64,000 bases of DNA from an uncultured Dehalococcoidia bacterium. GTDB taxonomy: Bacteria > Chloroflexota > Dehalococcoidia > Lucifugimonadales > GCA-2712585. Every line of letters begins with the position of its first letter. Positions within the stretch are counted from its first letter, which is position 1. The notes beneath the pieces were generated by a model. That model searched no databases and was not told the DNA's origin. It saw only the letters and a list, made by a program, of their open reading frames with translations. The position numbers and the translations under genes are program-made. Shown here piece by piece: positions 28,265 through 36,082 of this stretch. The stretch spans positions 1,406,267 to 1,470,266 of the forward strand of contig OY282371.1 in the NCBI GenBank assembly GCA_958295715.1. Reading direction: 5' to 3'.

Positions 28265-28292
28265 ATTATAACACAAAAGAGCATTTTGTCAA
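28265..28292 (-). promoter_or_regulatory. near-consensus promoter TTGACA-16-TATAAT
   Basis: Minus-strand hexamers at 28292-28287 and 28270-28265. About 135-nt leader to the ATG at 28124 with a GGGAGG RBS. Confidence 0.5.
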
Positions 28293-28337
28293 GTACTTAT
28301 GCGCCGGATTTCAGGGGAAATAGGGGGATGGGGGGAT

Positions 28338-28443
28338 GGATTCCCGCCTGCGCGGGAATGACGGACAGGAGGCGGGAATGCGGACAGGGGTAGGCAGAAG
28401 CCTCCAACGCAGAACCGGCTCTCTTCAAAACTAAGTGGGCGCC
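28338..28443. repeat. REP unit plus reverse hairpin/terminator-like module
   Basis: Rev REP at 28338-28362. Reverse module B at 28399-28443 (ccaacgcagaaccggctctcttcaaaactaagtGGGCGCCC), about 60 nt downstream of the stop of the 590-aa gene and in terminator orientation. Confidence 0.8.
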
Positions 28444-28502
28444 CCGGTCCCCGCTTACCCGCAAGCGCCAGCTAGTCTACCCACCCCGGCAGCCGGCGCC
28501 GG

Positions 28503-30275
28503 CTAGGTCTGGCGGGTCTTCTGGTGGGGGCCGAGGTAGCCTATCAACACCTTCTGCCGCTCGTCGTCCCAGGCGAAGGCGATGCGGATGTTGTACTGCG
28601 GGTTGCCGCGCACGCCCTTCCCAACGTGGTGGTCCAGGTTATAGAGCCTGTCCTCCACGTGGGTGGTGTACCACTCGAGGAACTGCTCCCTCGTCACCTT
28701 GGTCTGGCCCGACTTGTAGGACCAGCCGGGGCAGGCCTCCTTTATCCCGCTCTTGAAGTCAGGCGCGGAGCCGGGGTTGGGGTTGACCCGGTGGGAACGG
28801 TACTCGGTGGCAAGCCAGGCCAGGGCGTCAAAGACCTCCTGCGGGTTCCGGAAGGGGTTGTCCTTGTCGGACTTGGAGTTGAGGGCAAAGAGCAGCTCGT
28901 CGGGGTAGGTCTTCTTGGCGTGGTCGATGGCCTCGTTGACGCTGGCGAAGGTCGGCGTCTGCGACTCGTCGTCCTGGCCGCCGGCCGCCTTCGCCGCGAC
29001 GTACATGTCGCGCCAGTACTCCTCCATCTGCTGGAGACGCGATATCTCGCTCCTGAACTCGCTGTTCTCAGCGTCAAGGAACTCCTTGTCATCCTGGAGG
29101 CCGGAGTTCTGCCGCTCCAACTCCTGGTTCCGCGACTCCAAGGCCCGGTAGTCCTCAGCCGGGACCACCTGGTCCTCCGGGGCGGGTCCGGCTTCAAGGC
29201 CACCGGCGCCGGCGGGGGAGCCCTCGGTTCCGTCTAACGGCTCGGACGGGTCTCCGCCGGCTTCTTGGGAAGCGGCTTCCGCGGCGGCGGCGGCCTTCTC
29301 CTGGGCGGCGTCGTAATCTGACATGAGGCCGCGCCAACTCTCCACGGCGGCCAGGATGCCATCCTCCTTTTCCGACCTCTGAGGGGCGCGGGCGACCTCC
29401 TCCGCCCTTGAGGGGGCCTGAGGGCGCAGGAGGCGGTACTCCTCCAACAAATCCCCCAGCCGGTTGGCCACGGCCAAGGCCTCCGGGATGACGCCGGCCC
29501 TTGAGGTGGCGTCGTCTAGCCAGGAGTCGAGGGAAACGTCCAGGTACAGCAGGTCGTCCCGGAACTCGCCGGCGGCCTTAGAGATGGCGTCTTTTAGGGC
29601 TTCTGTCTGAACGCCGGCGCGGTCGGCCTCCTTTGTCACCGCGATTTTCGCCAGAGCGTGAACGAAGCCTTCAACGTCGTCCCAGTCCGGCGCGTCTGGG
29701 GGAAGCGCGTCCAACTGCTGAAGGAAGCCGTCAAGGAGGGAAGAACTGGGCGGCGACGGCTCCCGGGAGTCCGGGACGCGGCCTGAAAGACAGCAGAGCA
29801 TGAGGTGAACGTCGTTCACGTTCAGGCCGTCGTCAGCCTCAAGGATGGCGGCTAAATGGGCCGTATAGTCCGCCCACTCCCACAGGGAGTCGAAACTGCC
29901 CTCCTTGAAGCCGGGGCAGCCGGCGGGGATGCCCGCGCCTTCGAGTCGTTCAGCCACGGCGCCGCGGAGTTGGGGGTGGGACTCGACCCACGTCTTGAGG
30001 ACGGCGCCCGCCAGTTTATCGGCTCCTTCGATAATCCCCACTAGGGCGGGAATTTTGAGTTGATTGGGCGACGCACGGTCCGCGTTCTGGAAGCCGTCCA
30101 CCTTCACGTTGTTGCGGATGGCGTAGTTGAAGGAGTCGCGGAGGCTTTTCGGCGCCTTGCCCCGGAATTCAAGGGCGCGTTTGACGACGGCTTGGGCATA
30201 TTCGGGGTCTAACCGGTGGAACATGGCGTTGATGGGCAGGTCTGGGCCGGTTGCGGTGGCGTTCTCGGTGGTCAT
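28503..30275 (-). CDS. hypothetical 590-aa protein, acidic linker + coiled coil + conserved-looking C-terminal domain
   Basis: Start set at ATG 30275 (AGGAGG 9 nt upstream). No catalytic motif recognised. Heptad-like ESRNQELERQNSGLQDDKEFLDAENSEFRSEISRLQQ. C-terminus ..NIRIAFAWDDERQKVLIGYLGPHQKT. Confidence 0.7.
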   Translation of the reverse strand: MTTENATATGPDLPINAMFHRLDPEYAQAVVKRALEFRGKAPKSLRDSFNYAIRNNVKVDGFQNADRASPNQLKIPALVGIIEGADKLAGAVLKTWVESHPQLRGAVAERLEGAGIPAGCPGFKEGSFDSLWEWADYTAHLAAILEADDGLNVNDVHLMLCCLSGRVPDSREPSPPSSSLLDGFLQQLDALPPDAPDWDDVEGFVHALAKIAVTKEADRAGVQTEALKDAISKAAGEFRDDLLYLDVSLDSWLDDATSRAGVIPEALAVANRLGDLLEEYRLLRPQAPSRAEEVARAPQRSEKEDGILAAVESWRGLMSDYDAAQEKAAAAAEAASQEAGGDPSEPLDGTEGSPAGAGGLEAGPAPEDQVVPAEDYRALESRNQELERQNSGLQDDKEFLDAENSEFRSEISRLQQMEEYWRDMYVAAKAAGGQDDESQTPTFASVNEAIDHAKKTYPDELLFALNSKSDKDNPFRNPQEVFDALAWLATEYRSHRVNPNPGSAPDFKSGIKEACPGWSYKSGQTKVTREQFLEWYTTHVEDRLYNLDHHVGKGVRGNPQYNIRIAFAWDDERQKVLIGYLGPHQKTRQT

Positions 30276-30484
30276 GGCGTTGAGCCTCCTATTTTGGCGA
30301 TGGTGAGCTATCATACCTGCTGCCAGCCCAACGCGCCACCCTTGGAGCGTCCCAAGGCCGGCCGGAGGCTTTACGCTGGCTTGAGGTTGTCGCTCTGACG
30401 GGATGGAGACGGGGACGCGGCGGGAGGAAACGACCCCTTGGCCGCCTTGCCGGTCAGTCGTGGAGGGCCAGCAAGGATAAGCGG

Positions 30485-32743
30485 CTACTTGCTAAGGAAG
30501 ACTTTGAATTGGGCCGGGTTCTGGCCGAATTTGGCGACAAGGTTTCCACAAGACAAAGTGATTCGCTTCGCCGACAACTGACTATTCAAGTACAATCCGT
30601 TTGTCAGTTGCTTAGGATTACCGAAAGGCCGTTTGCTTGGATGAACTGACGACGTATGAATCAAATACGTTTTGCTACTCTTCTTATCCGCAAGTTGGAT
30701 CCCCTTGCCACTCTCGGTAGTAAGCAGACCTCGTCTTATCGACCACTCGGCGGTCTCAAGGATGAGGCTAATCCAAACATCTTTAATCGCCTTCTCTTTT
30801 TCGCCTGGAAATCGAACGCGCTGCGGCTTTATCGACCTGTCTTTACTTCCCGTGCTCTTGTGCCACTGGCCAAGACCCTCAAAGGTCACCCACTCACCCG
30901 GACCGGTTGGAGGAAGGTCCGGGAGGTCTTGGGATGAGTCTTCAAGGACGCTTTCCTCCGATGAGCCGCCTGAGACCAGACCGACCTCCCTCGCTTCAGC
31001 CTCAAAGAGCCCCATCAGCCGGTCCCTAACCTTATTCAAGACAAGCCCTTTGTCTACCGGCTGGGCCTCTAGCTCGCCAAATTCTTTCTTCCAATCCGCA
31101 AGCTCTTTCCTGAAGCCCTCATCCCATTTAACGAATTGCCATGACCATTGTAGCCTAGTTCGTGGCTGTTCTGACGGTGGAAGCCCGGTAAGATGACGCT
31201 TAAACCGCTTTTCCAGCTTGTTCTCGTTGCTTAACTCCGACTCACGGGTCTCAATGTCGCGCTTCAACTCATCCATTCGCTGCTCACGAACTTTCACATG
31301 GCGTATCCGCTCATTCTTTATCAGGTTCTTAAGGAAGGGGTCACGGTCGGGTGAGAGTTCGTCATCGGGCTGCGGCATAGACGCCTCCTCTAGTTCTTTG
31401 GTAACAGACAATTTGGCCTTAATATGGGCGTCGTAGTGGCACCAATCGCAAACCGGGTCGTGGTTTTTAGGGCAGGATGCCTTCAACCCCCACCGCTTCC
31501 ACGCCCGCCACACGACACACCGGCCGCAGATTTCGCCGAAGGGCTCGCCGCAATGGCCGCACTGGTGGCTGGAGGCGGGAGATAGGCCTTTGCAGTCCGG
31601 GCAATGGACCACCGGGGATTCTCCGGATGGCCGCACATGTTCCCTAAGTTTTAACGACCACTCCCTGACTTCCTCCGGCAGCCCGTGGAGCGGCGCGTTG
31701 CCAGCCAAGTCCAGGACCAGACAGTCGCCACCGTCCTCTTTTGGACGCAGGCCGCGTCCCACCATTTGCAGGTAGAGGGATAGGCTCAGGGTGGGACGGG
31801 TCAACATGACACAGGCGGCGTCGGGCAGGTCGAATCCCTCGGTGGCTACGTCCACGTTGACCAGGGCTTTAAGGGTTCCCTGTTGGAACCGGGCTATGAT
31901 ATCAGCGCGCTCCTCGTCAGGAGTTTTACCCACCATACAGGCGGCGGGAATACCGGCGGCATTGAACTCTTCGACAAGGTTTTCGGCGTGTCCTACCGAA
32001 ACGGCGTAGACAACGGTTTGACGATCATCGCCATGGCTTTGCCAGAACCGCAAGGCGCCGGCGGTGAGAATGTCACGGCCTTCGTTCGCCCGTTCAATGC
32101 CCGGCTCGTTGTAGTCCCCCGTGCTGGCAACCGTCCCGCCCTTAATCCGCTCCTCCTCTGCCGGCGATAGGACCCGCGCCTTGCAGAGCCATTTGTCGGA
32201 CTGTAAGTCTACGACCTGAGGGCCAGAGAGCAAGGTTTTGAACAGGTGATCAAACCCTTCCTTCTCAGAGAGGCGCCACGGCGTGGCCGTCATGCCCAAT
32301 ACCGGACCGGGCCATTGCTCCATGGCCCTAGCCCAACCCTCGGCTGGGGCATGGTGGGCCTCGTCTATAATCATCAGGTCGCCGTCGTCGTAGCGGTCCC
32401 ACACGCTTCTATGGTCGTTGCGGCGGCTCACTGTCTGGGCCATGAGGATAACGACGCCGTTGGTTATTACCGGAGCGTCGGAGCTTGGAGTCCAAACGAT
32501 GTTAGCCGCGGCCGGAACCCCGGCTTGGCTCAACATGCTCTCCGTTTGTTTGGCCAACCCCTTGCGGTGGGTGAGCCAGACCGCTTTGCGTCCGTCTCCC
32601 AGCCACCGGTTCAACAGCGCGCCGGCGATTTGGGTTTTTCCGCCGCCGGTGGGGAGTTGCATCATAACCCTGGCGTCCGGACGAGCCAGGGCCTCATCCA
32701 CCTGCCTTAGCAACTCCTCCTGGTAGGGCCGTACTTCAATCAA
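30485..32743 (-). CDS. SF2 (ResIII/DEAH) helicase with Cys-rich zinc-ribbon and unassigned C-terminal domain
   Basis: 752 aa. RPYQ, PTGGGKT (aa 31-37), DEAH (127-130), MTATP, QMVGRGLR. 9 Cys in aa 381-435. The 3' third of the gene is low GC (45-47% in two hand-counted lines). Confidence 0.85.
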   Translation of the reverse strand: MIEVRPYQEELLRQVDEALARPDARVMMQLPTGGGKTQIAGALLNRWLGDGRKAVWLTHRKGLAKQTESMLSQAGVPAAANIVWTPSSDAPVITNGVVILMAQTVSRRNDHRSVWDRYDDGDLMIIDEAHHAPAEGWARAMEQWPGPVLGMTATPWRLSEKEGFDHLFKTLLSGPQVVDLQSDKWLCKARVLSPAEEERIKGGTVASTGDYNEPGIERANEGRDILTAGALRFWQSHGDDRQTVVYAVSVGHAENLVEEFNAAGIPAACMVGKTPDEERADIIARFQQGTLKALVNVDVATEGFDLPDAACVMLTRPTLSLSLYLQMVGRGLRPKEDGGDCLVLDLAGNAPLHGLPEEVREWSLKLREHVRPSGESPVVHCPDCKGLSPASSHQCGHCGEPFGEICGRCVVWRAWKRWGLKASCPKNHDPVCDWCHYDAHIKAKLSVTKELEEASMPQPDDELSPDRDPFLKNLIKNERIRHVKVREQRMDELKRDIETRESELSNENKLEKRFKRHLTGLPPSEQPRTRLQWSWQFVKWDEGFRKELADWKKEFGELEAQPVDKGLVLNKVRDRLMGLFEAEAREVGLVSGGSSEESVLEDSSQDLPDLPPTGPGEWVTFEGLGQWHKSTGSKDRSIKPQRVRFPGEKEKAIKDVWISLILETAEWSIRRGLLTTESGKGIQLADKKSSKTYLIHTSSVHPSKRPFGNPKQLTNGLYLNSQLSAKRITLSCGNLVAKFGQNPAQFKVFLSK

Positions 32744-32806
32744 GGGATTTCACCTTGTGGCGCATTATCAAACCCATCGCTGGGCGTTGTCAAGGCGTTG
32801 TGCTCT

Positions 32807-33724
32807 TCAGGGCCTTGGCGGGGAGAGGCGGTATTTGACGACGCGGCGCTTGGGGCCGAAGGCTCCGGGCTGAATGAAGTAGACGTCGCCTCGGGAGTCC
32901 ACCCAAACGCCGTGGCAGGCGCGGTTGGCCTCCGAACCCCACCGGGCCAGCCGTTCGCCCTCCAGGGTCAGGACGCTGAAGAAGCCGCCGTTGTGTTCCG
33001 GCACGTAGGCCACGTCGCTGCGGTCCAGGTGAACGAGGGCCGGGCCGACGAGAGGCGCGGGCCAGACGGACAGGAACTCGCCGTCCTGGGTGAATAGCTG
33101 CACGCGGTCGTTCTCCCGGTCGGAGACCAGGACCCGCCCATGCCGGTCTATGGACACGCCGTGGGGAAGGTTGAACTGGCCCGGGGCCGCGCCCGGGGTT
33201 CCCCAGGAGGTGATGAGTTCGCCTTGGGGGGAGAACCGGTGCACGCGGCAGTTTGCGTACCCGTCGGCGACGAACACGTCGCCTGAGGGGGCCACCGCGA
33301 CGCCGGCGGGGATGTTGAAGGGGCCGCCGGGGTGGGTGACGCGCAGATGGGTGTCGGAGCGGAAGTCGTTGGGGTCGACGCCGGTGTCGGAGCGGTAGCC
33401 CCTGACGCCGATGGTCATGAGGGGCTTGCCCTCGGTGGTGAACTTCATCACCTGCCCGCCGTGGCTGTCGACGAGCCAAACGTTGTCGTGGGCGTCGACG
33501 TGAATGGCGTGGGCCATCCTGATGAGGCCCTCGCCCCAAGAGTAGAGAAAGGCGCCATCCCTATCGAAGACCATAACGGGGTGGTCGCCACGGTCGAAGA
33601 CGTAGACGCGGTCATGGGAGTCTCCCGCAACGGCGGCGGCGGTCATCTCCCAGCCCTGGGGCAGCCGCGCCCACTCCTCGTCAACCTCATAGGTGAAGGG
33701 TCCGGAGCCAACAACGTTACGCAT
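32807..33724 (-). CDS. NHL-repeat beta-propeller protein (peptidylglycine-amidating-lyase-like)
   Basis: 305 aa. Repeated ..D..G.V.V.D..N.R.. blades (VYVFDRGDH, VWLVDSHGG, VFVADGYANCRVHRF, VLVSDRENDRVQLF). Confidence 0.75.
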   Translation of the reverse strand: MRNVVGSGPFTYEVDEEWARLPQGWEMTAAAVAGDSHDRVYVFDRGDHPVMVFDRDGAFLYSWGEGLIRMAHAIHVDAHDNVWLVDSHGGQVMKFTTEGKPLMTIGVRGYRSDTGVDPNDFRSDTHLRVTHPGGPFNIPAGVAVAPSGDVFVADGYANCRVHRFSPQGELITSWGTPGAAPGQFNLPHGVSIDRHGRVLVSDRENDRVQLFTQDGEFLSVWPAPLVGPALVHLDRSDVAYVPEHNGGFFSVLTLEGERLARWGSEANRACHGVWVDSRGDVYFIQPGAFGPKRRVVKYRLSPPRP

Positions 33725-33782
33725 TTCGCGCCTCCTCTGTGGGCGCGGCGTCCTTCCTCATGTACCGCGCCAGTGTCAGGGA

Positions 33783-33791
33783 TGCTATCAT
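33783..33791 (+). promoter_or_regulatory. extended -10 box TGcTATCAT
   Basis: About 60 nt upstream of the ATG at 33855. Confidence 0.25.
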
Positions 33792-33854
33792 TGGGAGTAT
33801 GAGCCGTCAAAGGGCGGAGTGGGACTTCCAACAAAACTCAAGGGGGAATGCGGG

Positions 33855-34625
33855 ATGAAGACGTTTAGAGTGGCGATTTTGTTGTGCGGCCTTGCGGCGG
33901 TCTTGGCGCTGACCGCGGCCTTTGTAAGGGCGGACGTGGCGGAACGGGGGAGCGGGGCGTCGGAGGCCGCGCTGGGAGACGGGTATTCGCAGCGCGGCAT
34001 TCGCGTGACGGGAACGGGCCAGGCGACGAAGCCGCCGAACCTGGCCACGGTGAATCTGGGGGTGCAGGTGACGGCGGATAGCGTGACGGACGCCCTTCAG
34101 CAGGCCAACGCCTCTCTCGACGCCGTGCTGGCCGTGCTGCCCCTGTATGGCGTGTCGGACGCGGACACGCAGACCAGCTACTTCAACATCAATCCCCAGT
34201 ACCGCTACACGCCGGATAACGAGCGGGTCCTTGCGGGGTACCAGGTCACCAACCATCTCAGAATTAAGACCAGGGACATGGACGGAATCGGCGCCCTGAT
34301 AACCGACGTTGTGAAGGCCGGGGGCAACGCGACGCAGGTTAACGGCATCGATTTTTCCATAGAGGACACCGACGCGCTGGTGCGGATAGCTCAGGCGGCG
34401 GCGGTGAGCAGGGCGACGGCCCAGGCGGAGGAGTTGGCAAGGCTGACGGGGGTGCGCCTCGGAAAGCCGGTGTACATATCGCAGGGCATTGGAGGGTCCC
34501 CGTCGCCGCGGTTGCAGTACGGCGCGGAGTTTGCCCGCGACGTGTATGAGGCGTCGACGCCCATAAACGTAGGCGAGTTGGAGGTGTCGGTGACGGTGGA
34601 GGCGCTGTTCGCCATTGAGTACTAG
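33855..34625 (+). CDS. SIMPL/DUF541 periplasmic protein
   Basis: Start at MKTFRVAILLCGLAAVLALTAAFVRA (signal peptide) with an AGGGGGA RBS. Body matches SIMPL-type 26-kDa periplasmic proteins. Confidence 0.75.
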   Translation: MKTFRVAILLCGLAAVLALTAAFVRADVAERGSGASEAALGDGYSQRGIRVTGTGQATKPPNLATVNLGVQVTADSVTDALQQANASLDAVLAVLPLYGVSDADTQTSYFNINPQYRYTPDNERVLAGYQVTNHLRIKTRDMDGIGALITDVVKAGGNATQVNGIDFSIEDTDALVRIAQAAAVSRATAQAEELARLTGVRLGKPVYISQGIGGSPSPRLQYGAEFARDVYEASTPINVGELEVSVTVEALFAIEY

Positions 34626-34680
34626 GCCGTGGGGGGAACGGTTGCGTCTCCCCCCATCCGCCCTTCCCGCCTACTATTCC

Positions 34681-34996
34681 GTCATTCCCGCGCAGGCGGG
34701 AAGGGCGCGTGCGCCCACTTTGTCTTGACGAGCGTTCGCCCTGCTTTGGGCTGCTAGATTCCCGCCTTCACCTCTGTTCCGTCATTCCCGCGCAGGCGGG
34801 AAGGGCGCGTGCGCCCACTTTGTTTTGAAGAGCGTTGGTCCTGCTTTGGGCTGCTAGATTCCCGCCTCCCCCATCCGTCATTCCCGCGCAGGCGGGAAGG
34901 GCGCGTGCGCCCACTTTGTTTTGAAGAGCGTTGGTCCTGCTTTGGGCTGCTAGATTCCCGCCTCCCCATCCGTCATTCCCGCGCAGGCGGGAATCC
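34681..34996 (+). repeat. tandem array of 3 composite units (100, 96, 95 bp) plus terminal REP
   Basis: Units start at 34681, 34781 and 34877. Each unit = GTCATTCCCGCGCAGGCGGGAA + GGGCGCgtGCGCCC + ACTTTGTTTTGA.. + tggtcctgctttgggctgctagattcccgcc. Closing REP at 34972-34996. Confidence 0.9.
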
Positions 34997-35146
34997 ATCC
35001 CCTCTTGACCTTGCGCCGGGACAACCGCTCCACGGCGCGCGCTCCCATCCGTATAAGCGTCCCGGGTTGGCGCCTTCCGGCTCTCGCCCACAGTTATTAT
35101 CCGTAATGGTTGGATGGTCTGTTCATCTGATGAGAGGAGGGAAGAT

Positions 35147-35225
35147 GGATTCCCGCCTGCGTGGGAATGACGGGAAGGGGGGCGGGAATGACGGAAGGGG
35201 GAGAAAAGGGAATGACGGATAAGAG
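35147..35225. repeat. reverse REP followed by tandem GGGAATGACGG half-units
   Basis: GGATTCCCGCCTGCGTGGGAATGACGG at 35147-35171, then gcgggaatgacgg and gggaatgacgg repeats. Confidence 0.8.
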
Positions 35226-35315
35226 GGCGGGAGAGGGCGCGGGCATGGTGGAAGGAAGGCATGACGGCGGCGGCGGGCCGGTGCCGCCCCCGCCGCCGGG
35301 CCACCCCCGCCGCGG

Positions 35316-35324
35316 TGGTATAAT
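35316..35324 (+). promoter_or_regulatory. extended -10 box TGgTATAAT, 6 nt before the nfi GTG
   Basis: TATAAT at 35319-35324, start codon at 35331. The geometry fits a leaderless transcript. Confidence 0.4.
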
Positions 35325-35330
35325 CAGGGG

Positions 35331-36029
35331 GTGAAGCTCAAGGACCTGCACCCCTGGAACGTGACCCCGGAGGCCGCCAGAGGCATACAACGGCGACTGG
35401 CGTCTCAGGTGTCGCTCACATCCGAGGTTCCCGCGGGGGCGCGGTGGATAGCAGGGGTGGACATTTCGGGGGCCAACCGCCAGGGTCTCGCCACCGGGGC
35501 CGTAGCGCTCCTCGACACCGTCACTCTGGCCGTGGGCGAGGTCCGGACGGCCCAGGCCATCCCTCCAATGCCCTACACGCCCGGCCTCCTATCCTTTCGC
35601 GAAATCCCCGTCTTGGCAGAGGCCCTCCGCTCCCTCTCCGTGACTCCCGACCTCATCATGGTGGACGGTCAGGGGTTGGCCCATCCGAGGCGCTTTGGCG
35701 TCGCCTGCCATCTCGGTCTGCTGACGGGCGTTCCCACCATCGGCTGCGCCAAGTCCATCCTCACGGGCAATCACTCGCCGCTTGGCCTTGAAAGAGGTTC
35801 CCAAGCCCCTCTGGTCGACCGCGGCGAGGGGGTGGGCGCGGCCCTGCGGACGCGAAGCGGCGTGTCGCCGGTGTACGTATCCGTTGGCCACAAGATAGAC
35901 TTGGAATCCGCCGTTCAGTGGGTTCTCCGGTGCGGCCGCGGCCTCCGCATTCCCGAACCCACCCGCCTGGCCCACCAAGCGGCCGCCGGGCGTTTGCCCT
36001 CAACCGCCGGACGCTCGGATATCGTATAA
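35331..36029 (+). CDS. nfi: endonuclease V
   Basis: 232 aa. IAGVDIS, PYTPGLLSFREIP, VDGQGLAHPRRFG, GCAKS. Confidence 0.9.
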   Translation: MKLKDLHPWNVTPEAARGIQRRLASQVSLTSEVPAGARWIAGVDISGANRQGLATGAVALLDTVTLAVGEVRTAQAIPPMPYTPGLLSFREIPVLAEALRSLSVTPDLIMVDGQGLAHPRRFGVACHLGLLTGVPTIGCAKSILTGNHSPLGLERGSQAPLVDRGEGVGAALRTRSGVSPVYVSVGHKIDLESAVQWVLRCGRGLRIPEPTRLAHQAAAGRLPSTAGRSDIV

Positions 36030-36082
36030 TCTACCAGGGAACCCATCACCCGGCCCCGGGCCGGCCCGTCAGGGAGGAACCA

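Noticed and set aside
27702-32790. Integrase, att-site duplication or tRNA target that would define the low-GC patch as a classical genomic island or prophage remnant.
   Set aside because: No recombinase gene, tRNA gene or flanking direct repeats were found. Only a truncated REP unit lies at the left edge, so the boundaries remain approximate.
34681-34996. Possible CRISPR array: regularly spaced 25-nt palindromic repeats. The same question applies to 62022-62335.
   Set aside because: The spacers between repeats are themselves near-identical copies of each other (tandem 95-102-bp units). The same repeat occurs dispersed in both orientations throughout the window. The repeat is a perfect palindrome of REP type. 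No cas genes or leader are present.
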